Shown here piece by piece: positions 40,690-54,025 of a DNA stretch of 64,000 bases; position 1 is the stretch's first letter; each line of letters begins with the position of its first letter. The notes beneath the pieces were generated by a model. That model made no database searches. It was not told the DNA's origin and saw nothing but the letters and a program-made list of their open reading frames with translations. The DNA is from Tubulanus polymorphus (lineage: Eukaryota > Animalia > Nemertea). The position numbers and the translations under genes are program-made. Where the stretch lies: the NCBI RefSeq assembly GCF_964204645.1, contig NC_134031.1, positions 1,364,001 to 1,428,000 of the forward strand, given 5' to 3'.

Positions 40690-41438
40690 CTTCAGTTCCT
40701 TGTTCTTTCAGCGGATTCTTTTCATTTACCAGATTCAACAAATAGTCCGTTTTATATTACTTACTACTTACTACTGTGTCTAGCTAAGTTCTAAAATAAC
40801 GAATGATACCTCGAGATCTCGTACGCAATCAACAGTCGCCCGATCAGGTATTTAATTATTAACGAGAAATGTTGGCGATTCGTAGCGAAAATTGATGAAA
40901 TTCTGGCGTGTTTCGTGGTCGTAAAACGATTCACTGAAGAAAGATGTTAATTAAATGAAGATGAAGTATATTATATATAGTGGAACTGGTCTCAGCCCGC
41001 ACATATATTCTCTATATTGTTTGTATACACGTATATTGTCTATAACTCAATTTATGAATTATTTATTCCTAATGAAATTAAACGGACGTTCGCCTTATTA
41101 CATCATCTCATAAACAATCGCCGGAATTATTCCATGAAAATATTAATAATTCATAATTATATGCATTTTCTTCGTGTTTCGTGGCGACATTTTAGCATAC
41201 AAGATGTCCAGTTAAAAAGCTGGAAACTCTGCTACGTACAGTAAGCCATGGGCGCGTTTGAAACATCATTTATGTGTCACATACGTGTAATCCATGAATG
41301 TTGAACCGGATTTTGCAAAAACTGAGGAGAAATTGATTTCAAATTCTATTACTCATGAACCTATAGCAGGAGAACACATACCGCTATATAGCGTTTTAGT
41401 CATGATTTAACCATGTATGAATGGAGATTCATTCATAG

Positions 41439-41820
41439 GGCCAACCCTAGGATTTTCACGATTCACAACCAGGCCAACACTAGGATTTCCACGATTCACA
41501 ATCAGGCCAACCCTAGGATTTCCACGATTCACAACAAGGCCAACCCTAGGATTTCCACGATTCACAACCAGGCCAACCCTAGGATTTCCACGATTCACAA
41601 CCAGGCCAACCCTAGGATTTCCACGATTCACAATCAGGCCAACCCTAGGATTTCCACGATTCACAACCAGGCCAACACTAGGATTTTTTCCACGATTCAC
41701 AACCAGGCCAACCCTAGGATTTCCACGATTCACAATCAGGCCAACCCTAGGATTTCCACGATTCACAACAAGGCCAACCCTAGGATTCCCTCGATTAACA
41801 ACCAGGCCAACCCTAGGATT
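41439..41820. repeat. 33-bp minisatellite (GGCCAACCCTAGGATTTCCACGATTCACAACCA), ~11-12 copies
   Basis: Contiguous tandem units without spacers; same unit as 54026-54260. Confidence 0.95.
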
Positions 41821-43699
41821 TAAAGCCCGTAGCCAGGATTTTGAAAGTGGCGTTCTTAAAAGGGCACTTTTGTATGTTCTGTATCCCAGGACAGCGAGCA
41901 TCGTATGCTCAAAGCCGGAATTCTTTAGCTATTCCGCAAAAACACAAAAAAATTTTTCAGTAGTTTTGGTCAGGTTTATCTCTGGTGCGGGGCCGTTGAA
42001 GCGTTTAACTATAACGGAAAACCGACTGTTAAATCTGGAATAACGAATGTTGGTTTGGCATTACAGTTAACTCCGCTGAGCTCGTGGGGACCGGTGATCG
42101 ATTTCTGAGACCTGCACGAGAATCTCCCCTGCTAGGATTCGACCTCGATTGAAACTCGATACCGACATTGTACATTTTGACATGCGCGGTTATCTGAGAC
42201 ACTATGAAAATATCAATATCAATATCAATATCAAAATGGCGTGCAGCTTAACTGACGCGAAAAGTAAAAACCTCGCCTAATTTCAATCAAAGGCAGCCTC
42301 CTTTAAGACCCCAGAAATCAGTATTTCAATATTCGGTAAGTATTCGTAGCATTAGTTAAAATGGCGAAACATATTCCATCTTAGATATTGTGGGTAATCA
42401 TATTTCAGAGGTGAATCTATAGGCGCACATGGTGAAAATCAGTCAAGCAAGACAAGTTGAAAAACTATTAGGGGCCGATGATGAATTTATTGACCAGGGC
42501 GGATCCAGGAATTTAGAATATGGAGCACAAAACAAGCTGACAGTCGTGGGCTTGGGTCTTGCTGTGTTGTGTGGGCCTAAAATATGTTCTTAAATGATTC
42601 TTCAGTGAATTAGTTTTGCCTTGCTGGTTTACCAATGCCGTCACTTTTGAGCGAGTGCGTCCACTTTTTGGTGTCACTTTTTTATGCCAATAGTGGTGCG
42701 GATTTGTATGAGTGCAAACGGTTCATGACATGAGCGCCTAGCCGCATGCAAAGAACCGGGTTCGTGGCTATCGATTCCTCAGAGATTTCTGCCGATAACG
42801 ATAGTTTTGAAGGCCGATTTTTCCGATCCTCAATTTTAAGGCATAAACGTACGATGACCTACATTTATGACGTTTTGACGGAGATTCCTCATTAACGGGG
42901 TTCCCTATGCATCGCAACAACCAATCAGAGCTATGCACACCTGCTACGGGGTCCTGTCATCAATAGAATGTTTAGTAACACATTTTCCTTGCCTAACTTT
43001 TCTAAATCTATATTGTATGAATAGAAATATTAATTTGAAAATATTTTGCATTCTAAAATAGATTTTTGGTGCACCAGTGGTTATTTTGGTGAATAAAATC
43101 ACAGATGCCGATAAATTTTACGCAATACTTATTGGCACATAGAAAACACTAAACAGGTGAACTAGTATTGTTTAGGATATAACTAATCGTCATTGGTTTT
43201 AATGGTACGGCTTGTCCGCGGCGATCCTGTCTTTGCTTCATGACGCTCAGAATTCCTTCACCTACCGTCAAGGCCGCGCTATAGTAAACCTCTTGACCCA
43301 TGGGCAATTATTTTTATGAATTTATTTTTGTTTTCATCCAGTATCAATTTCAATACTTTCTGTTTTCATTTGTAGACGTGTTGAACCATTTTATAAAGAA
43401 TTGACATCAGAAACAGTGAACACAATGTAAGTTTATTTCATCTTTTAAATGTTTTCATCGGTTTCAGAAACGGATAATATTCATCTATTCATGTATCTTC
43501 ATTACTTTCTTTCATGTTTGATGTTGAACTCGGGAGGCAAAACCTAAACCGTAGATAGAAAGCCCTTGATAAATGAACTACAGATTGGAGCGAACAATTT
43601 AATTTGTAAGTTTGAATTTTGAATTTCATAATTCTGCAGTTATCTAAGGAAAGAAAACAATCTTTGATTTGTCTATCATAGGTATCACTACAATCGGGA

Positions 43700-44025
43700 A
43701 CTAGGATTCAGTACAGGACAACAAGGAATCAGTGCGTTACAAATACGGCTTTCTTGGAATCGGAGCAGGACAACCAGGAATCAGTGCTTTACAGTAATAC
43801 TTCATTGGATTCTATACAGGACAAGGAATCAGTGCTTTACAATCAGACTTTCTTAGATTCTGCGCAGGAACATCAGGAATCACTGTTTTACAATAAGACT
43901 CTTGGATTCTGCACAGGACATCCGGAATCACTGTTTTACGATAAGACGCTTGGATTCTGCACAGGACATCAGGAATCACTGTTTTACAATAAGACGCTTG
44001 GATTCTGCACTGGACATCAGGATTC
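43700..44025. repeat. ~43-46-bp tandem repeat, ~7 copies
   Basis: Core TTGGATTCTGCACAGGACATCAGGAATCACTGTTTTACAATAAGAC; copies diverge toward the left. Confidence 0.85.
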
Positions 44026-44310
44026 ACCGAATGGAAATTCAAGATAAGTTTTATTTATCTCTTATTTGATCAGTTGTTGATTTGATTTTAAGGGACCAGT
44101 TTTATAGTGTTTGTTATAAACCATGTTTTGAAATTAAATCTTGGCTTTTACATTTGTTTATTGAATCCAATCAATTGTTTTTATATCGGTGGTGTATATA
44201 TTTGGTAAGGATTAGTTCGTGGTTCGGATTGTTATTTCAGCGATACATAAAAGAATAAAGCGGGTTTACAGGTTTTCTAAATTGATCAACACAAATGTTA
44301 TTTTCAATAT

Positions 44311-44570
44311 GAAACTGGTCCCGGATGTCAATAACACAACGTTAACTGTTATCAATCATGTTCCTTTGCCACAATCGAATGTGTTCACTGTAGATTGCTG
44401 TAGATTTCAGACTGATTGAACCGTTACAGATACATGTAACATTGTGTACAGATACTGAGTGCAGATTACTGCATTAATTCATCCTGTGATTGAACAGTGA
44501 TTTGTTCTCTCATCTTCACTATTCCCATCCGTCTAACTAAAACATCAGAAACACTTCAACTCATCTAACC
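44311..44570. repeat. Left arm of a ~250-bp inverted repeat (partner 49055-49317)
   Basis: CCGTTACAGATACATGTAACATTGTGTACAGATAC...CATCCTGTGATTGAACAGTGATTTGTTCTCTCATCTTCACTATTCCCAT is the reverse complement of ~49095-49203. Confidence 0.9.
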
Positions 44571-44968
44571 GCGGGGTTCGGGGAGGGTGGGTAGGGTTGG
44601 GGGGAGGGAAGGGGTCTGGGAGGGTGGGAGGGATGGGGTCTGGGAGGGCGGGAGGGATGGGGTAAGGGAGGGTGGGAGGGATGGGGTCTGGGAGGGATGG
44701 GGTCTGGGAGGGCGGTAGGGAAGGGGTCTGGGAGGGCGGGAGGGAAGGGGTCTGGGAGGGGGAGGGATGGTGACTGGGAGGGTGGGGAGGGTTGGGGTCT
44801 GGGAGGGCGGGAGGGATGGGGTCTGGGAGGGCGGGAGGGATGGGGTCTGGGAGGGCGGGGAAATGGAGAGGGAGGGTGGGATGTAGGGGTGGGCTGGGGA
44901 GGATGGGTGGTGGTAGGACTTAGGAGGGAGGGGTGAAGGGTCTAGGTGGGTGGGGATTTAGGGTCAGG
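44571..44968 (+). repeat. G-rich ~20-bp minisatellite (GGGGTCTGGGAGGGCGGGAGGGA-type), G-quadruplex prone
   Basis: Dense GGG runs with 1-3 nt loops. Confidence 0.9.
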
Positions 44969-45007
44969 TACAGTCGTGGTAGTTATTTTCAGTCTTGAAC
45001 TTCAGGA

Positions 45008-46062
45008 TATTTCAGAAAATGTGTCCCATTTTTCATTGTATAACCAATAGGATTAGTATAAAACACTTTACTGTTAGGCTTCATCACACGAGACTTGAAC
45101 ATGTAATTTTACAGTCGTTATGCATACGACAAGCTGGTTAAATGGAGTAGTTCTATTAATTTTACTGGTTTATAGCGCGATTGCCTTCTATGAGACCCGG
45201 GTTTGATCCCCGGTTTGTGCGCGTAATTTCACTGTCACTTCTCTTAAAATCGTTAAGAGATAATGAGATAATTGCCCCTGATTTTTGAATGGGTATTTTT
45301 CAATTTTTTAGGGCCGTTATTCAAGTTGGCCACGAATGATGAGTAATTTACTCGAATAATTTTAGAAACTGCTCCCTGGTTACGATCGAAATATAGCTTT
45401 ATGAGTAATTCAATTAATCGACAATTATTTACGTAATAATTACTGACCTGACAGAGGATCGAATTCGTCAAATGAAGAATGTTTTGCTCTACTTGGAATC
45501 TGGAAGCAAGACTTCATCCAGGCTAAATTAATTATTTAGCAGATGGCGACACATTGTGGGCCCGGTGTGATAAGCGATTTTATTAACGCGTGTTAAAACG
45601 CTGTGTGAGCGCTCACCAAAATTTGGTCCGGTCTAGACCATTTAGACCGGACCAGGTACATTAGACCGGACCATTTAGACCGGTCTGACTAGTTGTCTGG
45701 TGATCGTGGCTAAAAACTCGACATAAAATCAGGAAAACTTTTTATCAATCGTTAATGATTTTATGCTAAGATGTCATAAAATCAGCGAAACAACGGCAAA
45801 ACCTTTTATTAATCGTAAATAAAGTTACGTCGAGATAATAACTCGACGTAATATGTTGAGATATATCTTAAACTGAAAATAGAATTTTTATTTCTCGTAA
45901 ATGATGTGCCCAGGACGCTTCCGGTAGGAATCACTTTAATCAATTTTCAGATCGGCAGTACGTGGCACAGATATCACTTTTTGAAGATAGATAAATATCC
46001 ATAGTAGTTAGTTATTCTAGTGTTTTCACAAATAGGGGACACATTTTCTGAAATAAACTGTA
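45008..46062. mobile_element. Probable non-autonomous DNA transposon (~1 kb)
   Basis: Perfect 20-bp inverted repeat TATTTCAGAAAATGTGTCCC (45008-45027) / GGGACACATTTTCTGAAATA (46036-46055); right end finishes CTG-TA as in Tc1/mariner; internal TAGACCGGACC repeats at ~45625-45686. Confidence 0.55.
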
Positions 46063-46109
46063 TGATTTATAGGTGGAACAATGACGATACGCATTGACAG
46101 ACAGAGTGA

Positions 46110-46495
46110 CTATTGTTCGGTTAGTTTCATTTCTCTTTGTGACAGTTCGATTATCTTGCCATTTTTCACGATCATATCAGTTTATTTGAAAGTTATTTCA
46201 TGCTCCGCAATGATTTCAAGTGTTTGAAATTTTATCAGTGCTTCAATTTGTCAGTTTACACGACGTAGCTCTTTGATTTTTGATCGATGCATTATTCCAG
46301 ACTCTAATTAGTTCCGTATTTTTGACATGATTAATTAGTACACAGATTGTGAATCTTATAGCGGGCCGCACACCAGCCTCAAAGCCGCCACAACAACTAC
46401 ACTGTGACAATTTTTCAGCGACATTGACACCGCAAACTTTTCCCGCGCACTTATAGCAACAAGCTTTATAAATTTGGTCATGTGGGTGACCTGTC
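46110..46495 (-). pseudogene. Decayed RPA70 C-terminal-like OB-fold/zinc-ribbon coding fragment
   Basis: IYKACCYKCAGKVCGVNVAEKLSQCSCCGG...RFTICVLINH...IRVWNNA fits the YxACxxCxKKV...CxxC...R[FY]xIxVxI pattern of RPA DBD-C; a frameshift and stops follow. Confidence 0.45.
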
Positions 46496-46641
46496 TGATC
46501 AATCCAACTATGGCCAGTTTTCAAAACATGCAACGCTCAATTTCATGCATTTGTTCAGCAGTGACCATTTAATGGCTAAAAACTGCTTAATAGTATTCTT
46601 AGAGTTATCCTTAGTTTAATGCCAACTTAGTATAGTTACTG

Positions 46642-47170
46642 AACCAGGGCCATGAACCAAATGTAGACTTTGGTCACCAAACCACGGCTTTGAACCAAAT
46701 GTTGACTCTTTGGTCACCAAACCAGGGCTGTGAACCAAACCTTGACTCTTTGGTCACCAAACCAGGGCTGTGAACCAAACCTTGACTCTTTGGTCACCAA
46801 ACCAGGGCTGTGAACCAAACCTTGACTCTTTGGTCACCAAACCAGGGCTGTGAACCAAACTTTGACTCATTGATCACCAAACCAGGGCTGTGAACCAAAC
46901 TTTGACTCTTTGATCACCAAACCGGGGCTTTGAACCAAACCTTGACTCTTTGGTCACCAAACCAGGGCTGTGAACCAAACTTTGACTCATTGATCACCAA
47001 ACCAGGGCTGTGAACCAAACCCTGACTCTTTGGTCACCAAACCAGGGCTGTGAACCAAACTTTGACTCATTGATCACCAAACCAGGGCTGTGAACCAAAC
47101 TTTGACTCATTGATCACCAAACCAGGGCTGTGAACCAAACTTTGACTCTTTGGTCACCAAACCAGGGCCA
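46642..47170. repeat. 40-bp minisatellite (TGAACCAAACCTTGACTCTTTGGTCACCAAACCAGGGCTG), ~13 copies
   Basis: Tandem near-identical units with two recurring variants. Confidence 0.95.
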
Positions 47171-48540
47171 TGAATGAAATATCTTAAGCTGTAAAAGTCT
47201 ATAAAAACACAATTTATTTCTGTTGTCTTCACGAATCTATTTGAGGATGAAATGATTTACGTGGAACTAATGACGTTGTTAATGTAAGAATCATCTGTTT
47301 GAGATATTGTATATCAGTGCTTCTGCTACTACTGGTTTTATTGGCAGCTGTGAGGGATTCTCTAAATCAACAAACATGTTACTGTCATTGATTTATTGCT
47401 GCCTATCTCTATAAGACATATAAATTTGACGTATAAATTTGATCCAAGTTGGAACTGATGAGTGCCAGTGAGAAGACAAATGAGAAAATGAGAAAAGCCA
47501 TAAGAAAAAGCCATATGAAAAGAAAAATATGAAGCGAAAAAAATGTAAAACAGCTTAAAATGCTGATATAAAGAGTGGGGTCCGAGAGCAATTCGAAGGT
47601 TTAGTGTCCTGCACGCTTAGAGGGCGGGCAGGGGTCTATTCCTACCTCGACTCAAAACAAATTGTGTGTGCTGAAACAAAAAAGACTGAAAAAGAAAAAA
47701 AGAAAAAATGGCAAATGATGAAATATGGCTGTAGTTTAATATGTTCCGCTGGGTTCATGTGTAAAAACACAATGAAACACATTGTTTATTATCTATTTTG
47801 TTACATATAGACATAGGCAGTTTATAAACATTGATTAATGGATCTTATGAAAAGGATTCCATAAAACAACTTGCTCGTATAAAGCCTCTAGCAGTAGCAG
47901 TAGTAGAGAGATAGAAATGTCTAATCTGACTATCAACAACAATGTCATTGGTCCACAACGGTGTTTCATAATGAGAATGATGACATGTTGAATTCGTGAA
48001 GCAACACGAATAGCCTCGCTAGTTTTTGATCTATCCGAATCGGCGATCATTCTTGTTCTTGGTTTGTGTTTGCCCTCCACACAACATTGTGAGTGTAGAG
48101 GTTTGGTCTGGTTCTCGTGAACCCTCCATACCTCCCTCATTTACCACAACGTTAGTTTAGTTTCTTAGGTTTGGTTTGATAATTTAGAGATAGACACCTC
48201 TACAACTAACTGAAACTCACTCCAATTGTTAAAGGAAATCTATTGCGGTCCTGGTTTGGTGACCTATTGATAAAGGAATCATCTATGGTAATAGTAATTG
48301 TAATTTATTTCATCATCAATTAAATCGAAACATATCAATATGAAATGCCTGTAGAAATGAGGCCTTGTGATTTTCGACACATTTGAATTCCTTCATCTCT
48401 GAGCCTGTGAATGATGCAATCGATTAAGTATTTATATTTGTTAGTTCAATTGATATGATCGTGAAAAATGGCAATTCCTTTTTGAGGTATTGTACAGATA
48501 AGTGATGTCATAGGAAGAGACCAAAGAGTTGAGGAGACCT

Positions 48541-49054
48541 GATGGGTGGGCATTGAGGGAGGGCTTGGTGGGTGGGCATTGAGGGAGGGCTTGGTGGGCG
48601 GGCATTGAGGGAGGGCTTGGTAGGTGGGCATTGTGGGAGGGCTTGGTGGGTGGGCATTGTGGGAGGGCATGGTGGGTGGGCATTGAGGGAGGGCTGGGTG
48701 GGTGGGCATTGAGGGAGGGCTTGGTGGGTGGGCACTGAGGGAGGGTGGGAGGTATGGGTCTGGGAGGGATGGGGTCTGGGAGGGCGGGAGGGAAGGAGTC
48801 TGGGAGGGCGGGAGGGGAGGGGTCTGGGAGGGCGGGAGGGAAGGGTTCTGGGAGGGCGGGCTTGAAGGGTTCTGGGAGGGCGGGAGGGAAGGGGTCTGGG
48901 AGGGGGTAGGGAAGGGGTCTGGGAGGGGGGAGGGAAGGGGTCTGGGAGGGCGGAGGGAAGGGGTCTGGGAGGGGGAGGGAAGGGGTCCGGGAGGGCGGGA
49001 GGGAAGGGGTCCGGGAGGGGGGAGGGGAAGGGGTCTGGGAGGGTCGGGTTGGGA
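48541..49054 (+). repeat. G-rich compound minisatellite (23-bp GGTGGGTGGGCATTGAGGGAGGG-type, then 20-bp GGGGTCTGGGAGGG-type)
   Basis: Two abutting G-run arrays directly before the right inverted arm. Confidence 0.9.
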
Positions 49055-49317
49055 GGTTAGATGAGTTGAAGTGTTCTGATGTTTTAGTTAGACGAATGGG
49101 AATAGTGAAGATGAGAGAACAAATCACTGTTCAATCACAGGATGAAGTAATGCAGTAATCTGTACTCTGTATCTGTACACAATGTTACATGTATCTGTAA
49201 CGGTTCAGTCAGTCCGAAATCTACAGCAAAATTGTGAACACATTTAATTGTGGTGAAGGAACATCATAGATCACAGTTGTTGACAGTTGTTGTTAACTGT
49301 TATTGACACCAGTTTCT
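49055..49317. repeat. Right arm of the inverted repeat (partner 44311-44570)
   Basis: Reverse complement of the left arm, most similar in the inner ~170 bp. Confidence 0.9.
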
Positions 49318-49388
49318 GATTGATTGAAAACTTTGAGATGTTACTTGTTGCTCTGTTGTTACTGAGTATTGTTTCTTTTTCTTTTCAG

Positions 49389-49539
49389 AATGAAATAAAC
49401 GCAATAGAATCAACTATGTAAAAGGTTAAGTTCAAAGCTAATGATGAATTTCTCTACAGAATTCTCAGGAGTTTTTGTCGAGGATTTGATTTATTTTCAA
49501 ACTAAAAACTGCTGTTTTACTCTCATTTCAGAAAACACA

Positions 49540-49580
<41 letters not shown>

Positions 49581-51700
49581 GGTAAAACCTGTTTGGAAAT
49601 ATATCATCAGTATTCATTATCTATCTGTTTATTTTTCATATCACAGCAGTTTGAGGTGAGTTTTCAATCATTTTAAATCCTGATCGAAGTGGAAATTATC
49701 AACGACATATGTTTTTCATACATATTTTCAGCGGACAGAGCGTTGGAGGTTTTAGCACCCAACAGCCGACCTCAAATACGGTTAGCTTAAAAACATTGAG
49801 GAAAATGGTGAGAGATGGTTTGAAACTGCTCTTATTTCATTACAACTTCATGTAATTTATGCTTCTCTACATTTGTATTTTAGGGGCCAAAATGATGGTT
49901 AACCATTGCAAATCTGCAAACAGTAAACCTTGCATTCTACAAATTAAACAGAAGTCAGAAGTGGTTAGTTTTCTATCGATTTATTGCTGTAATTTGTGGT
50001 GTTGTATGTAAGTAATTTTCTCTACATAATTCAACCTGGTTCTTGCTTGTTATACAACTGTATGCTTCAATAATCTATGTTTTAATTTTTTCAGGGAATC
50101 ATCAGTGCTCTTAACTTTATGACATTATGGCTCTTGGAAGTGAAGTCCAGCTAGAAATGGAAATAGTCTGCATGGTCAAAATGGTACGAAACTAATCCGA
50201 TAGTCCGGTGAGTTTTTCATCACTCCATGTGCTCTAATTTGATAATAACCTAGCAATATATTATTCTATTCGGTATTTTTATATTTCATTCTCTCAAAAG
50301 CATTGAAAGAAGTGCTGCTGCTGCATCCCGTATCAAAATCTCTTCCTCGGGAAATATCGTGGACAATTTGCTACAATTCCCGGTAATCGAAACAGGTAAG
50401 AAGAATAGTTAATTCCAGAAAAGCAGACGTGTATGTCATGTTTCTTAATAACACTTATCTATTTCTCGTTACAGAATGAAATCCACATAGAACCAGAATT
50501 TACAGCTCATAAGACCCGAGTTCAGAGTAAACCTCAAACGTATTGCTAGATCCTCCTCACATGCATGCTAGTAATTCTGCAAACAAGTGAGACGAAAGCT
50601 GTGAGCTTCAATCTGAAACAGATCTCATTTCATAACAACTGAGCTGACAATTCATAGCATTTCTGCATTTGTATTTTAGGAGCCAAAATAAGCGGAACCT
50701 TAGACAGAATCTGTTACAAGTCTGGAAATGGTGAGTTTTGCTCTAATTTGATAATAACCTAGCAATATATTATTCTATACAGTATTTTTATGTGTCATTC
50801 TCTCAAAAGCTTTGTAAGAAGTGCTGCATGCTGCTGCATCACCTATCAAAATCTCTTCCTCGGGAAATATCGTGGACAATTTGCTACAATGATCAAAACA
50901 GGTAAGAAAAATAGTAATTTTCAGAATACCGGTAGCAGATATACATGTGATATATCTTTATTTAACTAATCAATTCTTTCTCTTGACAGAATAAAGTTCA
51001 CTTTAATTTACAGCTCCAGAAATCTACAGTAAGACCTGGTTCAAAGTTCACCTCGAACATATCGCTAGATTTAACTCACACGTAGCCTAACAATTCTGCA
51101 AACAAGTGAGATGAAAAGCTGTGAGCTTCAATCTGAAACAGCTCTTATTTCATAACAACTTAACTGACAATTTCTAACGTCAATTCATTTGTATTTTAGG
51201 AGCCGAAATAAGCGGACCCCTGACAGATTCACTGAAGATTTGTTAATGATGGACATTGCTTTAGATCCTCGAAACAAGCACCGGTAAATATCTCTGCAGA
51301 TTCCAGTCTCTATAAGACTTGCTCTGTTTCACTGTGAATGTATGAAGTCATTTCCTGTTAAAAAGCTTTGTCTTTTATAACCATCCAGTTCAACACTATG
51401 ATGATGAATAAGTTCTGAGCTGGAAACAGTCAACTATTTGAAATCATTCCACTAGAATTAAACACCATGGAATTACAGATAAGGTGAATTTTCAATCACT
51501 TTTTTTCTGCTCAAAGTTAGAATTATCACATCATAATTATACAACTTTTGTATTTTAGGGACCAAAATGAAGCTGGACCTTTCCAATCTGCAAACAGTGA
51601 ACATTGCGTTCTACAAATCTTTCAAAGATTGAATAATGGTGTTTAATTATTTGGAGTTCTATACGGTAACTATAAAACTCTTATGAAATTCCCACTTGAC
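49389..51700 (+). ncRNA. Putative multi-exon non-coding transcript or decayed gene with duplicated exon-intron blocks; may include upstream exons at ~43376-43426 and ~43468-43605
   Basis: About a dozen regularly spaced polypyrimidine-AG acceptors and GTAAG/GTGAG/GTTAG donors with ~70-110 bp introns; no long ORF in the track; 50208-50700 duplicated at 50731-51220. Confidence 0.45.
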
Positions 51701-54025
51701 TGCTAATTCAATCCAACATTTTCGATGTAATATTTGCAGACGCAAGTTTTCACTATTCTAGGACAAAGTGGGGACCAATCGCCATTTGACAGGGACACGG
51801 ACCAAGACGCCATCTACCTTGAGATTAAAATTGCAGAAGTCTGAAGTAATTGGCAGTATATTGAAGTTTTAAGACAAATGAAAATTTTTATATTGTGCCT
51901 GCAGTTTTAAAGTTTAAAGCCAAATGAAAATTTGTATATTGTGCTGGCCAGTGCGGACCTACTGTTGTTCTGTTTGTAATGGTTTCATTGATAGCGAATC
52001 ATGTATCCATAAAAACAATGGATTCATCCCCTGATCCGTCTCGCAATGCTGTGACGTCATTTTGCTGTAGAAATAAGCTGTTCACTAACTCAGGCGTAGA
52101 AATAGATGATTAAAACCCGCTATATACAAATTTAAAAGATTAGACACGTAATTTATTTATCAAGAATCGGAATCAAATAAAACTCAAGTAAATGAAGAAA
52201 TAACTAGAACAACCTATGCACAAAATAACAAAACCTCTCAACCTGAAGCACTTAACATCCCCGCTCTACTTTTTCAATTCACCTTTTCTTCCTATTCCCC
52301 CCCCCCCTGTTTTAGTTATTTCTTCACATCTGACAATGGTCTCTAGAGAGACTCCAAAACATTGTGTCTTTTAATTCTTTTAAATTTGTACAGTGGATTT
52401 TCTTGTTATTTTGATTTTTATTGAAAATTTAAATTGAAGATTAACGATGAGCTTTCTGAGATGGATCAAGGGCATGAGATATTTTACACACTCCAAATAA
52501 TTGCATTAATTTGTAATAGCTTCTACCTCAGAATCCGGTTCCACTGTTCTGGACGTGTTTGTATAAATTTGTGTTAATAACCAGCTTAATTCGTTTTTTT
52601 TCTACGAATTAGACATTATACGGATTATAATTAATTCGTATTGTCTATGAATTATGTATAATTCGTAGAATTATCGATTTATCTGTTAATTTGTATCAAC
52701 TATGAATAAAAACCAGCTAAAAATTGTTTCCATTGGCATTAGCATTGGAACAAACTCGCTGCCACGGCCATTCATTGTTCAGACTTGACTGACAAGTAAT
52801 TGATAAGCTTGCCAATCAGTGCCAGCAGGTGGAACAATGGGATGGAATTACGCGTCGTATTTTCTTTAGTTTTTAAGAAAATGGACCGTGGATACGGCTA
52901 CGATTTACGAATTACGAAGTACGAATTAACCGATGGAAATTGAAGTGAATAACGAATTAAGAAATCGGGCATTTCATTTTTGTACGAATTAGGTAGTTAT
53001 ACGAATTAACCGTCGACGAATTAAGCGAGGTTGCCCTATTGTAAATTGACTGTGGGACTAGGTATAAGCCCATGAAAGTTGACAAATATTGACAGGTTTA
53101 CTTTTATCATGGGACTTTATTTTGTATGAACTGTTGTAATCGTGTTATTTGAAATAAAAACATATTTTCTCTGTTGTTCCATTTATGATTACAGACGCCA
53201 GCAGTTTCATAGACTCTGCGTCACGTACATGATAACCTACATCCCATAGGTTCAGTTTCATAATTAAAAAATATTCATTGATCAGGCAAATTGAAATTGA
53301 ATCGACTTATTAAGTGTTTAAGAAACAAAAAACCAAACATTGATTCCTCTATGTAAGTGAAACCGGGTCCACTCGATCCGTTTAACAAATATAGTTTAAC
53401 TGAATCCTGAATAAATATAGGAGTTTGTGAAACTGGACCTTGCAGGGAATGAAATACTCTGTACTCGCGGTGTGTGTGTATGAAACTGCTGGCTGATTGA
53501 AACTCCCGCATCAGTGACCAAATCCTGCCCGGGGTACGGCAAGCTTCATAAGTATGCTATTAACTCCTTTATCAATTTAAGACTACTTCATTAAGAGTTA
53601 GTACTACTTGTGAAACTCGACCCTGGTATGCGAGAGTTTTGAAAAGTCTTCCTTTGCCGATGCGAACGTTTTAATTCAGCCCGGCGTGCTCGGGGCGACC
53701 TAATCTAATCGGCTCACAAAAACGTTTTGCAGCCTGTCCCAGAGTTCCGATATCGCTCCCGATCTCGCTTCAGTCTGAAAAATCGGCTTTCCCTTCATCC
53801 GTGCGTGAGTTTTTCAAAAGCAAAATGGGTGATTTGATGTTATGCAGTACCGGATAGAGTTCGATCATATGCTAAATAAAGAAATTTTCATATCATTGCT
53901 TTTTTGTCTTTCAACCTTCGGAAAATAGACTTGAATCGTGCCCTGGCACGTTGTGATTGTGATACGATATATGTGACTGGTTGCCTGTCCCGAAGATATA
54001 CCGGTAACCAGTCTACGATTCCAAA

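Noticed and set aside
41407-42043. Repetitive ORFs and CRISPR-like appearance of the 33-bp arrays (also 53865-54293)
   Set aside because: Units are contiguous with no unique spacers, no cas genes, eukaryotic context; several frames are open only because the unit lacks stops.
48441-49127. Pro-rich/Gly-rich ORFs (also 44697-44936)
   Set aside because: Translations of G-rich minisatellites.
49425-49530. Intronic C/D snoRNA (ATGATGA at ~49442)
   Set aside because: No terminal CTGA D box or closing stem within the intron.
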